This document shows positions 6,991 through 16,628 of a DNA stretch of 64,000 nt, piece after piece. The notes beneath the pieces are model-generated. The model had not been told where the DNA came from. It ran no database searches and worked only from the letters and a program-made list of their open reading frames with translations. Numbering within the stretch: position 1 is the first letter of the stretch; the number at the start of each line of letters is the position of its first letter. The DNA comes from a virus. A program made the translations under genes and the position numbers. The stretch covers positions 32,001 through 96,000 of the IMG/VR virus record IMGVR_UViG_3300007609_000008; one strand, written 5' to 3'.

Positions 6991-8124
6991 TTATGGTCTT
7001 GCTATGAAATTAGGTACTTCTGGGTCGTACGGATCTGGTAAAACATCTAATTCAGCATTTCTAGCATCATACCAAGACTCTGGTTGGAATGTTACTGAAC
7101 TTGTTTTCGTCCAACCATTGCTTCCGCTTGAATATGTAACAGTATCACCTGTAACTGAAGTGATTAGAACATCTTGTAAAAAATTATATTCAGCTACTAT
7201 ATCTGACTTACAGTTAGATGCAGCAGCTATAATCTCAGGCCCGTATGCAGCTATAATAGGTGCTTTATAATCCATTTCACTGGCGACTTCTAGCTCACCG
7301 TCTTCATTAAAATCTGCGTCTCTAGCTGATAAAGCGTCTATTGTGTCAGACAACGAGCCCGACCCATTAGGTACGCCATGATTAAATGTAATTGATTTAA
7401 GTTTTGTTGTTATGTCTAAACTCTGTGCAAACTCTGCCCATTTTCCTATCTTGTTCAACACTGTCAGCGCATAACCACTGTTAGTAATTATTTCTTGATT
7501 ATCATTATTTAATTTATACTCCCCAACTATGTAATCCGCATCTGCTTCTGGCTGTACATCTTCTTCTACTAATGATCCTACTGAAATATTGCAATCGTAT
7601 CTAGATGCTAATGTTCCGGTAACTAGTTGTGTAAACTGAGTATTGAGTTGTCCTATGATTGAGTTTGCATCAGTCCTAAGTTCATCGATTTCGTCTTGTT
7701 TAGTTTGTCTATGACTTTCAGCAGTATTGGCCTGAGATGTCGCATTACTGTAATCTGTAGCGTAATCTGGATCTAATGGATCTAAATTATCTCTATGTGT
7801 TAGCCATTCATCTCTTATATTTGCATGCGTGTCTCTTGCATCACACTGCGCTATTAATTTTGCATCTATATTGTTCTTATGTCCAACCGCAGTAGTGTAT
7901 AGCGGTTTTGCCGTATATTTAATTCTTGCTATTTCATCTGCCATAGAATACATAGAGGCTTCAGAGATATCGTTGTTTGCGACAATTGTACTTTCTAGGT
8001 ATACGTCTTCTAAGTTAGTTAAAAGACCCATGTTGTTTTTTAAATCTAACATCCAGTCAAGAATTTGATGTTCAAGCCTTTCTTCTACGTCATTTACATC
8101 AGCGGTAATCGGACAGTCAGCCAT
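6991..8124 (-). CDS. hypothetical acidic protein
   Basis: 377 aa ORF; AGGAG RBS; own TATAAATA late promoter; no family recognised. Confidence 0.8.
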   Translation of the reverse strand: MADCPITADVNDVEERLEHQILDWMLDLKNNMGLLTNLEDVYLESTIVANNDISEASMYSMADEIARIKYTAKPLYTTAVGHKNNIDAKLIAQCDARDTHANIRDEWLTHRDNLDPLDPDYATDYSNATSQANTAESHRQTKQDEIDELRTDANSIIGQLNTQFTQLVTGTLASRYDCNISVGSLVEEDVQPEADADYIVGEYKLNNDNQEIITNSGYALTVLNKIGKWAEFAQSLDITTKLKSITFNHGVPNGSGSLSDTIDALSARDADFNEDGELEVASEMDYKAPIIAAYGPEIIAAASNCKSDIVAEYNFLQDVLITSVTGDTVTYSSGSNGWTKTSSVTFQPESWYDARNAELDVLPDPYDPEVPNFIARP

Positions 8125-8148
8125 TATAATCTCCTAATCAATAATGTA

Positions 8149-10416
8149 CTATTTATATTGTAAACTAATCAGTTCTTCGTGCTTGTTATCTGTGCCCATC
8201 ATTCTGAGCATAGAGTTTCTGTCATTCTGTACACTGCCTCCTGGCATACCTCTGTCAGTGTAGAAGCTAACATCTTGTAACTGTCCGCTGTACTGAGAGA
8301 AGGCGCTGTTTCTGCCCATAAGAAAGACTGTCATGCTCTGATCTGTGAAACCGCCTGAGTCTTGTAACGTGTCTGCGAACTCATCAAGATTCTCTTCTAA
8401 CTGTTCATCACTCATGTTGTCTGCTTGCGACTCAGCCTTAGCTGTTGTCTGTTGTTCTTGTTGACTTGGAGGCGCAACATCAAAGCGTGAGAAGTTAGGC
8501 TGCACGTTGTTAAGAACAGCCGATATACTTTGTCCTGTACTGAACGATTGATTCTGTTGACTTGCAAATCCACCACCTTGTTGTGTCGCAGATGATTCCA
8601 TCTGAAAATCAGCAGTTTGTTGTTCTTCTTGTGACTGTTCAGCGACTACAACTACTGCCGGATTAACCACGGCTGAGAATGTAGCGTTCTCGAAGAAAGA
8701 ATCTTGAGAATCGAATGAAAACTCGTCCTTCATGTGTAATTCTGACTGATTATTACTCATATCATCCGTACTATTGAGTAAATTGTTAGATGAATTACTC
8801 ATGTTATCCTGAGGAGATGATTCATATGATTTACTTTGTGTATTATATGAAACAAATGCAGAGGTTTCTTGTGATAGTGTATTATTCATCGGTGTAGTGT
8901 TAGTTGTCAATGCATTACTGATAGAACTGGAAAAATTTTGTTCACTTAGATTTGTTGCATTGAAAGCAGAAACGCTATCAGATGATGTATAACTTTGAGT
9001 TGACTGGTAGCTTGCAGTTTGTATAGCATTGTCTTGAGCTGAAGCCGCAGTATCGAGAGCTAGACCAATCGCATCTACCCTTACCGGATTGACTCTCTCC
9101 TGTGTCAAGTTTTCGGGAGGCGATACACTTTCTTGCGGTTGAGGAATTTCTTCTGCTACAATCACTTCTTCTACAGGAGAGATTTCTTCTCGTGGTTCGA
9201 TTCTTTCTTCTGCTGGAACACTTTCTTCTATCGGCTCTTCAATTTCCTGAACCGGTTCTCTTCTAGCAGGCCGTGTGTTCACAGGTTCGACATAAACTTC
9301 TTCTTGAAAGGGTTCCTGTTCAAAAACCTGTGGTTCTTCGACATATGCAGGTGGAGTCTCTTGATACATAGGCTCTGGTTCTGCAAACATCTCTGGTGCA
9401 TTGTTGTCCTGATTAAATATATCTGGTGCATTGGTGTTAGGTGGAGGAGGCGGAGGAGGAAACATATTCGGGTCTTCGACTACCGGCTCATAGAAGTCTG
9501 ATATATCATCACCGAATATAAAGTCTGTACCCGATGCATTCTGTACTAATATAGCGTTATCGTAACCAGGACAAGCAGGATCATAAAGTTCATCGTATGT
9601 ACACTGTTGATCTAGATATGCCTGTTCGTATCCTTGACAGCCGTAATCATAAAGAGGATCACTAGAGCATTGTTGGTCGTAGTACGCTTCTTCGTAACCA
9701 GGACAGCTAGAATCATTCAGTGCGTTGCTACAATCAGGCCCGTTAGCTTGATATCCGCCATCCTGCCCGTACCAAGCCCTTCCCCCATTAAATGTTTCAC
9801 TAATAAAGTCCAGTTGAAACTCGTCAATACTACCCTGTGCATACTGTAACTGATTAAGTTCACCAGCAGCTAAGTTGCCCGTGTTTCCTATAAAAACATT
9901 GTGATAAGTAATGTCTACTTCGTCATACAAAAAATCAAACGAGCCATCTGGCCACATGTTTACTTGGAATGTATTTGTGTTCGTAGTTGCATATTCAGTA
10001 ATATTCTTCCAAAGAAATGACGATACTTCTTCGTTTGTTTTATAGAAGTAACCCGAGTCAGCAATACTAGTATCGTGTCTCAGATCAGTCCACAATGGAG
10101 CAATCATAAATGAATAATATCCAGACCCAGCATTTGATCCAGCCAAGTCTATACCATTGCAACACATGGAGTTGTTAGTGTTGGGATTACCGAACTGAGA
10201 CACAGGATCGTACAGCATAATGACCCCATTAGAACTCATCCATGCATCAGTAAAAACTCCGCCATAATAAGGAAAATTATGCTCAAGTGGAACGTGAAAG
10301 GTGCCGTCGTCAACACCGTTCATAACTTGAGTCATACCAGCAGAGGACAGCCAATCGGACTGTCCATACACAGTACTACTGAATAATGCTAATAGTGCAA
10401 AGACTAGATTTTTCAT
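8149..10416 (-). CDS. secreted protein with NIDO (nidogen-like) domain, Cys/Tyr repeats and low-complexity stalk
   Basis: Signal peptide MKNLVFALLALFSSTVYG; IAPLWTDL and NTFQV NIDO-like motifs; three Cys/Tyr repeats; Pro/Glu then Ser/Gln/Asn-rich segments. Confidence 0.7.
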   Translation of the reverse strand: MKNLVFALLALFSSTVYGQSDWLSSAGMTQVMNGVDDGTFHVPLEHNFPYYGGVFTDAWMSSNGVIMLYDPVSQFGNPNTNNSMCCNGIDLAGSNAGSGYYSFMIAPLWTDLRHDTSIADSGYFYKTNEEVSSFLWKNITEYATTNTNTFQVNMWPDGSFDFLYDEVDITYHNVFIGNTGNLAAGELNQLQYAQGSIDEFQLDFISETFNGGRAWYGQDGGYQANGPDCSNALNDSSCPGYEEAYYDQQCSSDPLYDYGCQGYEQAYLDQQCTYDELYDPACPGYDNAILVQNASGTDFIFGDDISDFYEPVVEDPNMFPPPPPPPNTNAPDIFNQDNNAPEMFAEPEPMYQETPPAYVEEPQVFEQEPFQEEVYVEPVNTRPARREPVQEIEEPIEESVPAEERIEPREEISPVEEVIVAEEIPQPQESVSPPENLTQERVNPVRVDAIGLALDTAASAQDNAIQTASYQSTQSYTSSDSVSAFNATNLSEQNFSSSISNALTTNTTPMNNTLSQETSAFVSYNTQSKSYESSPQDNMSNSSNNLLNSTDDMSNNQSELHMKDEFSFDSQDSFFENATFSAVVNPAVVVVAEQSQEEQQTADFQMESSATQQGGGFASQQNQSFSTGQSISAVLNNVQPNFSRFDVAPPSQQEQQTTAKAESQADNMSDEQLEENLDEFADTLQDSGGFTDQSMTVFLMGRNSAFSQYSGQLQDVSFYTDRGMPGGSVQNDRNSMLRMMGTDNKHEELISLQYK
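8150..8157 (-). promoter_or_regulatory. T4-type late promoter TATAAATA
   Basis: Forward TATTTATA at 8150-8157, 26 bp upstream of the minus-strand ATG at 8124. Confidence 0.7.
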
Positions 10417-11660
10417 TGAGGCATATTAGGAGATGTAGTGACTCTACCTTTCTTTACATCTCTTTCTTTTATACCAGGTATGTCAGCAAGATTCTCTTCC
10501 CACTCAGCTCCTGCTTCGTCACCGATCTTGCCTTGGAACGGACATGGAGTACCTGCCATCTTCATCGCAGTCCATACACGCTCGTCTTGACACATCAATG
10601 ATACAGCAGCGACACGCATACCCATATCGTACAGAGTCTTGCTCAGTTTGATTCGCTCACAGTTAGTGTCAGTAATAGATTTACCACCTGAGATACCGAA
10701 TATCTGAGTTTGAACTGCACCACTTACACCTGTTGTACACAAGTCTTGTGAAAACGAGCTACCAATACTAGGAGCGATTGCAGAAGGAGGAGGAGACTCA
10801 ATCTTTTGATTGATAGTCTGATTCTGTTTGCTCTCACTGACACTTCTGTTTTCGTTTACATTGTTATTAGTATTTGTATTTGTAGACTCACTCACACTCT
10901 CAGATATATTGGTGTTTGTGTTTTCACTTACACTATTGTTGTTATTAGTGTTAGTGTTCACTGAAGTGCTGCTACTTTCCATTGTACTAATATTGGTGTT
11001 TGTGTTGTCACTAGTAGACGTATTCACATTAGTATTATTATTTGTAGCATTAATAGTAGTGTCGTTCACATTAGTATTATTATTAGTATTATTAGTAGTA
11101 CTAATGCTTTCACTGTAATTATTATTTGTATTATTACTAGTTGTATTATTAGTATTTAAATTGGTATTGGTGTTATTACTAGTCGTTGTGTTTACATTGT
11201 TGTTGTTATTTGTAGAAGTACTAGTGCTAACATTATTATTGTTGTTAGTGTTCGTATTGTTTGTCCCACCGGACAGAACATTATTGTTAGTGTTCACATT
11301 AGTGCTTGTACTAGTACTAACATTTGTGTTATTATTAGTATTAGTATTATTAGTACCACCAGACAATATATTATTGTTAGTGTTGGTGTTTGTACTAGTA
11401 TTCACATTAGTGTTGTTATTCGTATTCGTACTAACATTTGTGTTATTATTATTGTTAGTATTTGTAGAAGTGCTTGTGTTTGTGTTCACATTATTGTTAT
11501 TGTTGGTTGCAGTCGAAGTCACAGTAGACGCCGAGTTTGTGGTCCCGTTCGTTTCTACATAGGTAGACGAATCGAAAAGACCGTCAGCATCGTTTTCGAC
11601 TTGTGCATTTGCAATATAGGGAATCATCAGAAGCATAATAAAGGATCCAATTCTTTTCAT
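10413..11660 (-). CDS. secreted Asn/Thr-rich protein with Cys-rich C-terminal domain
   Basis: Signal peptide MKRIGSFIMLLMIPYIANA; ~250 aa of N/T/S low complexity; C-terminal PPPSAIAP...DLC...NCERIKLSK...MCQD...GTPCP domain; AAGGA RBS before ATG 11660. Confidence 0.8.
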   Translation of the reverse strand: MKRIGSFIMLLMIPYIANAQVENDADGLFDSSTYVETNGTTNSASTVTSTATNNNNNVNTNTSTSTNTNNNNNTNVSTNTNNNTNVNTSTNTNTNNNILSGGTNNTNTNNNTNVSTSTSTNVNTNNNVLSGGTNNTNTNNNNNVSTSTSTNNNNNVNTTTSNNTNTNLNTNNTTSNNTNNNYSESISTTNNTNNNTNVNDTTINATNNNTNVNTSTSDNTNTNISTMESSSTSVNTNTNNNNSVSENTNTNISESVSESTNTNTNNNVNENRSVSESKQNQTINQKIESPPPSAIAPSIGSSFSQDLCTTGVSGAVQTQIFGISGGKSITDTNCERIKLSKTLYDMGMRVAAVSLMCQDERVWTAMKMAGTPCPFQGKIGDEAGAEWEENLADIPGIKERDVKKGRVTTSPNMPQ

Positions 11661-11692
11661 TGTCGGTCCTTTAAAGGGGGGATATGTCATGT

Positions 11693-11700
11693 TATTTATA
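11693..11700 (-). promoter_or_regulatory. T4-type late promoter TATAAATA
   Basis: Forward TATTTATA at 11693-11700, upstream of the minus-strand module. Confidence 0.72.
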
Positions 11701-11731
11701 AGCTATTGATATTCCTCAATAAAATTATTGC

Positions 11732-11760
11732 TTGACATATCCGCAAAAATCTGTCATAAT
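11732..11760 (+). promoter_or_regulatory. sigma70 promoter heading the radical SAM operon
   Basis: TTGACA 11732-11737, 17 bp, CATAAT 11755-11760 (same CTGTCATAAT as cassette 1). Confidence 0.8.
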
Positions 11761-11790
11761 AGTAGTATATTTACAGTGAGGACTAGTATA

Positions 11791-12099
11791 ATGTATATGA
11801 ATCTTGGCAACTCTTTAAACTATACCACTTCTGGTCGTAAGCGGGCCAAGCTGCCAACCAAGAAGGCTGTCAAGCGTAAGTTCGAACCTTATGTGCCTTC
11901 TAAGACATATATAAGAGAGACACCTGATTATCCTAGTGTCACTACATCGCCTGCTGCTGACTCATGCAGCAAGCCTACGAGAACAGAATACACAGGCACG
12001 CTTGTTAAGGGCATCGCTACTATGCATAAGTCTAATGCAGTGCCTATCATCAACGACCAAGAAGCAAAAGATATTTCAAACATGAGGCGTGGTTCGTGA
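11791..12099 (+). CDS. conserved T4-like hypothetical protein
   Basis: YTGTLVKGIATMHKSNAVPI...AKDISNMRR motif; GAGGA RBS before ATG 11791. Confidence 0.8.
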   Translation: MYMNLGNSLNYTTSGRKRAKLPTKKAVKRKFEPYVPSKTYIRETPDYPSVTTSPAADSCSKPTRTEYTGTLVKGIATMHKSNAVPIINDQEAKDISNMRRGS

Positions 12100-12704
12100 A
12101 AATAGACTTTGATCTAGTATCTAGATGGATGTATGAGATACGAGAAAATTCTAGAATGTTAGATTGCTTCTGGCCGAGTCAGTTGCAAAGCAAGAAGTGG
12201 ATAATTGACACCCTAGTCAAAGAAGCATATTGGCGTGGTAGCATGGGTGACATTGTTATCTTTGGCGGCTGGTATGGCGTTCTTGCACAGATGCTACATC
12301 AAGAATTTGGCGGTAAATATATCAGTGTCGATAATGACCCTTCTTGCAAGGAAGTCTTTGATAGAATCAATACTAGCAACAAAATAGTGTTTAAAGATGG
12401 CTGTATGTCCGAATACGACTACAGTGATTCAATATTTTTAGACATGGTGATAAACACTAGTAGCGAACATGTATCTCAAGAAGTGTATTCTCAATGGTGG
12501 AACAACATTCCTAAAGGTACTAAATATGTAGTACAGGGCAATAATTTTTTTGAGACAGATGAACATGTGAGATGTACTGACACTCTTGAAGAATTTATCA
12601 CTATTAATTATCTAGAAAGCGCAAAGATTAAAGAATCTTTGAATTGCGGCATGAGACCAGATGGTTCTCCTTTCTATCGTTTTATGGCAATAGGCGTTAA
12701 ATAA
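12096..12704 (+). CDS. class I SAM-dependent methyltransferase
   Basis: IVIFGGWYGVL motif I, ISVDND acidic motif, VINTSSEH. Confidence 0.8.
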   Translation: MKIDFDLVSRWMYEIRENSRMLDCFWPSQLQSKKWIIDTLVKEAYWRGSMGDIVIFGGWYGVLAQMLHQEFGGKYISVDNDPSCKEVFDRINTSNKIVFKDGCMSEYDYSDSIFLDMVINTSSEHVSQEVYSQWWNNIPKGTKYVVQGNNFFETDEHVRCTDTLEEFITINYLESAKIKESLNCGMRPDGSPFYRFMAIGVK

Positions 12705-14161
12705 TGAAACTTAAGCACGGTGGTGAATCTAACTCTAATAACATAAGAGTTCTTGAAGACAAGCGAGACTATATTAATAATATTAGTCCTTCTTTTTGTT
12801 CTGCTAAGTGGTTGCAGACTACACTTTATTTACAGAATGGATACAATCATTCTTGTCACCACCCTTCACCTCACAAAATTCCTTTAGAAGAAGTACAGGC
12901 TAATCCTGCTGCCTTGCACAACAGTGCATTTAAAAAAGAACAGAGAGCTAAAATGCTCAAAGGCGAGAGACCAGCCGAGTGTGATTACTGTTGGAATATT
13001 GAAGATTTGGGAAAAGGTTACTTCTCAGATAGACACTACAAAACTTCTGATTATTGGGCATGGCATAGAGTAGATGAACCCGCTGAATCTGATCCGTATG
13101 ATGATATCTTTCCTTCTTACTTAGAGATTTCATTTTCTAACGCTTGTAACTTCGCATGTGCATATTGTACACCCGAAGCAAGCTCTAAATGGATGAAAGA
13201 CATAAAATCACATGGTGCATATCCTGTTGAGTTTGGTAGCCATTCTCTAGATAGTCTTAGAGATTTACAAAAAATTCCTTATAAAACTGATGAACATAAT
13301 CCTTATGTAGAAGCATTTAACAAGTGGTTTCCAGATGCTCTTCCTCATCTCAAGGTTTTCCGCATAACTGGCGGCGAACCTACAATGAGCAAAGACTTTT
13401 GGAAATCATTAGATTATATTTTACAAAATCCGAGAGATGATTTAGAAATTTCCATTAATACAAATCTTGGTGTACCAAAAGAACTAATTGACAGGTTGAT
13501 TGAGTATGCTAAAAGACTTGATACCGCATGTAAAGAGTGTGTTATATTTACAAGTTGCGAGGCATACGGTGAACAAGCAGAATATGTCAGAGACGGTTTA
13601 GACTATGATTATTGGTATGGCAATGTAAAAAGAATTCTAGAAGAGACTGAATGCAAAGTAGTTACTATGACTACTATAAATGCGTTGAGTCTTCCTTCTT
13701 TTACTCGCTGGTTAAAAGACATGATGGATCTCAGAATCGAATATAATCAGTTAGGTTTTATGAACAGAACTCCTATTAGTTTTAACTACTTGAGATTTCC
13801 TCCCCATCTGCAAGTATCAATACTTCCTGATTATATACGAGACAAATATGCTTCCGATATTGAAGAATATGTTTTGTCATGGGGAGAACTCGTTACTCCT
13901 TTGCCGAATGCAAAGTTTTACTTGGAAGAGATTGATCAGGTAAAAAGATTTTGTGACTACATGAGACAGGATACGACATCTGGTCCAAAATACAGAGAAA
14001 ACTTTATGCAGTTTATACAACATTATGATCTTCGCAGAGACAAAGATTTTATTTCTACTTTCCCTGAATATGAAGATTTTTATGAAGAATGGGCAATCGA
14101 GTATGCCCCTAAACTTAAAGCAGATTATATGGATTTGATAGAAGTTATTGAAGTAAAATGA
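12704..14161 (+). CDS. radical SAM protein 1 (subfamily A)
   Basis: CNFACAYC and ITGGEP; N-terminal FCSAKW...SCHHP...CDYCW auxiliary ligands. Confidence 0.92.
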   Translation: MKLKHGGESNSNNIRVLEDKRDYINNISPSFCSAKWLQTTLYLQNGYNHSCHHPSPHKIPLEEVQANPAALHNSAFKKEQRAKMLKGERPAECDYCWNIEDLGKGYFSDRHYKTSDYWAWHRVDEPAESDPYDDIFPSYLEISFSNACNFACAYCTPEASSKWMKDIKSHGAYPVEFGSHSLDSLRDLQKIPYKTDEHNPYVEAFNKWFPDALPHLKVFRITGGEPTMSKDFWKSLDYILQNPRDDLEISINTNLGVPKELIDRLIEYAKRLDTACKECVIFTSCEAYGEQAEYVRDGLDYDYWYGNVKRILEETECKVVTMTTINALSLPSFTRWLKDMMDLRIEYNQLGFMNRTPISFNYLRFPPHLQVSILPDYIRDKYASDIEEYVLSWGELVTPLPNAKFYLEEIDQVKRFCDYMRQDTTSGPKYRENFMQFIQHYDLRRDKDFISTFPEYEDFYEEWAIEYAPKLKADYMDLIEVIEVK

Positions 14162-15588
14162 GCAAAGATTTAATAGACTATCGTAAGAGAGTTCTTGACT
14201 CAAAGTCTCCTTCTTTCTGTGGCGCAAAGTGGTACAATGCTACAACTTGGTTAGGCAGCGGCACTACTGCTTCTTGCCATCACCCAACTGCACATAAAAT
14301 TCCTCTCGTTGAATTGCGAGACGATTACACTGCCATACACAACACAAAACACAAGAAAGCCACTCGCAAGATGATGCAAGAGGGTGAACGTCCTCTTGAG
14401 TGTGAATATTGTTGGCGCATGGAAGACATGGGCAAAGATGCTGTCTCAGACCGTGTTTTTAAATCTCAGATATACAGTGAAGAAGATTTGCAGTCGGCAT
14501 ACGACAAGTCTTGGGAAGATAGTGTAGACTTAAAAACTTTTGAGATTGCATTTGACAGAACTTGTAACCTTGCCTGTTCGTATTGTAACCCTTCGTTCTC
14601 TACTACATGGGCTAGAGACATTAAGAAGTATGGTCCTTATCAAAACTTGTTGTCAGATGGAGCAGGTGCATTTGAGCAAGACGGTTCTTGGACTGAGCCA
14701 TACGGTAGAGACGAAGAGAATCCATACATCGAAGCATTCTGGAAGTGGTGGGACAATGGTCTGTCTGAAAGTCTAGAAGAGCTACGAGTTACTGGTGGTG
14801 AACCTCTTATGTCAGGCAATACTTGGAAACTGTTCGATTGGTTTGAAGAGCAAGATAGCGATATGCGCTTTTCAATTAATAGTAATCTAATTGCCAAAGA
14901 CGAGATTATTGATAAACTAATTGAAAAATCTCATCGTGTTAAAAACTTTGAGCTTTACACTAGCGCAGAGTGTTTTGGTGTACATCAAGAATATTTGAGA
15001 GATGGCTTTGATTGGGAAGTCTGGCACAACAACATGCTAAGATTTGCGAAAGAAGGCAACTACAATAGTCTTAACATTATGATGACTATTACCGGATTGT
15101 CTTTGTTCAGCACTGCCGAGTTTTTAGACGAAGTTTACGAAATGAAGAAACACAGCAAATCAGGACATCATCCTGTTGTAAGTGTGAACATACTTCGCTT
15201 TCCTAGTTTTCAGAACATTCTTACATTACCAAAAGAGATTCGTGAGCATTGTAGACAAGAACTTGCTTTGTGGTTTGAAGAAAATAGAAACAAACCACAG
15301 TGGCTAGAATTCGAACTTGCAAGCATTGAAAGATTGATTGAATATCTTGCAACAGACGAAACACCACACCGTAAAGCGAGTAATCGTGATACTTTATGGC
15401 AGGACATGAAAGCCTTCTACACACAGTATGATCAGAGACGCAACAAAGATATTAATGTGTTTCCAGAAATATTTACTAAATGGTATGACACTATAAATAG
15501 TGGTTACAAGAAAGCTGAACTACACTCAGGTGACAACACTATATTTTTAGACGATGACAGATTAATAGAATTAACGGATATATTATGA
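14158..15588 (+). CDS. radical SAM protein 2 (subfamily A)
   Basis: CNLACSYC and VTGGEP; FCGAKW...SCHHP...CEYCW. Confidence 0.92.
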   Translation: MSKDLIDYRKRVLDSKSPSFCGAKWYNATTWLGSGTTASCHHPTAHKIPLVELRDDYTAIHNTKHKKATRKMMQEGERPLECEYCWRMEDMGKDAVSDRVFKSQIYSEEDLQSAYDKSWEDSVDLKTFEIAFDRTCNLACSYCNPSFSTTWARDIKKYGPYQNLLSDGAGAFEQDGSWTEPYGRDEENPYIEAFWKWWDNGLSESLEELRVTGGEPLMSGNTWKLFDWFEEQDSDMRFSINSNLIAKDEIIDKLIEKSHRVKNFELYTSAECFGVHQEYLRDGFDWEVWHNNMLRFAKEGNYNSLNIMMTITGLSLFSTAEFLDEVYEMKKHSKSGHHPVVSVNILRFPSFQNILTLPKEIREHCRQELALWFEENRNKPQWLEFELASIERLIEYLATDETPHRKASNRDTLWQDMKAFYTQYDQRRNKDINVFPEIFTKWYDTINSGYKKAELHSGDNTIFLDDDRLIELTDIL

Positions 15589-16628
15589 GCAAACATGTAA
15601 TATTAACACTACAAAATCCTCTAGATGAGAGCGACACGTTAGACATAAAATTTAATGTCATGGATACAGATATTGGCAATGATTGGTTTGATTTCGCTTC
15701 TTCTGCTCTTAAAAACAATCCTAGATTAGAAAAAAACTTTTGCTGGTTAGGTTGGCCAGATCCCAATCGTACTGTTGATTACTTAGCAAATCGTTTAGAA
15801 GAGTGTGTTGACGGTATAAATGATTTTGCAGATAACAATGTCGAACTCTGGGAAGGGTATCGTATTGATAAAAACTGGGACGATATTACTAGCGAAGATG
15901 CTTTGAACCAGTTACATCATCATTTTGAGATTCTTATGGGACAAGTGTGGGATGTCGCTAAGTACATGATACGTTCAGATGATGCTACTTCTTACAATAT
16001 CAGACAGCTTAATAATCTAGTACACGAACTTGCAGCAAGAAAAGTAGCAACTACTAACAAAGGTATGACTATTGGAAGTTATTTGAATCCGGTTAGAGAA
16101 CTATTCAAAGAAGATTACTACGACAATTTCTCTCTGAATAGAGATTTTGGAGATGTGTTTCTGCATTACGCTCAGACTGGTAAAACTCCAATAGAAGCAT
16201 TTGAAGACAACGATGATTATGTTTTCAATAACAATATTAATGCTTTGAGATATATGTCCGGCGAATTTAATATTTGGTGGTGTAATTCAATTTCAGAAAG
16301 CGAAAATGCAAAAAGAAAAGAAGAACTGAAAAAATGGCTACAAGATAGAGATGTAATATTTCAAGAACATGATGATTTTTGTTACTATGTTGATCCAGAT
16401 GAAAACAAGCAAGGCATAGGTTGGTTAGTTGTTGCTAAATTGGAAAATCAGTTTGATAGCAATTCTAAACTTGCTGAAGAAATTGCAAAAAGATTAAACA
16501 TATATAGTATGTCGTGTTTTGAAAATGAAGAGTTAGTAAGTTCCTATGTTTGGGATTATAAATGGACTGATTCTGATTATATTGAAAACGAAATTAACTT
16601 TTTAAGTCCACTTTTCCCGAGAGCATAA
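15585..16628 (+). CDS. hypothetical protein, paralogue of 26323-27165
   Basis: LNQLHHHFE, RQLNNLVHEL and YAQTGKTPIEAF motifs. Confidence 0.8.
   Translation: MSKHVILTLQNPLDESDTLDIKFNVMDTDIGNDWFDFASSALKNNPRLEKNFCWLGWPDPNRTVDYLANRLEECVDGINDFADNNVELWEGYRIDKNWDDITSEDALNQLHHHFEILMGQVWDVAKYMIRSDDATSYNIRQLNNLVHELAARKVATTNKGMTIGSYLNPVRELFKEDYYDNFSLNRDFGDVFLHYAQTGKTPIEAFEDNDDYVFNNNINALRYMSGEFNIWWCNSISESENAKRKEELKKWLQDRDVIFQEHDDFCYYVDPDENKQGIGWLVVAKLENQFDSNSKLAEEIAKRLNIYSMSCFENEELVSSYVWDYKWTDSDYIENEINFLSPLFPRA

Noticed and set aside
10828-11562. Plus-strand Leu/Val-rich ORFs (10828-11118, 11161-11562) that look like membrane proteins
   Set aside because: They are antisense shadows of the Asn/Thr codon repeats on the minus strand and have no RBS or promoter.
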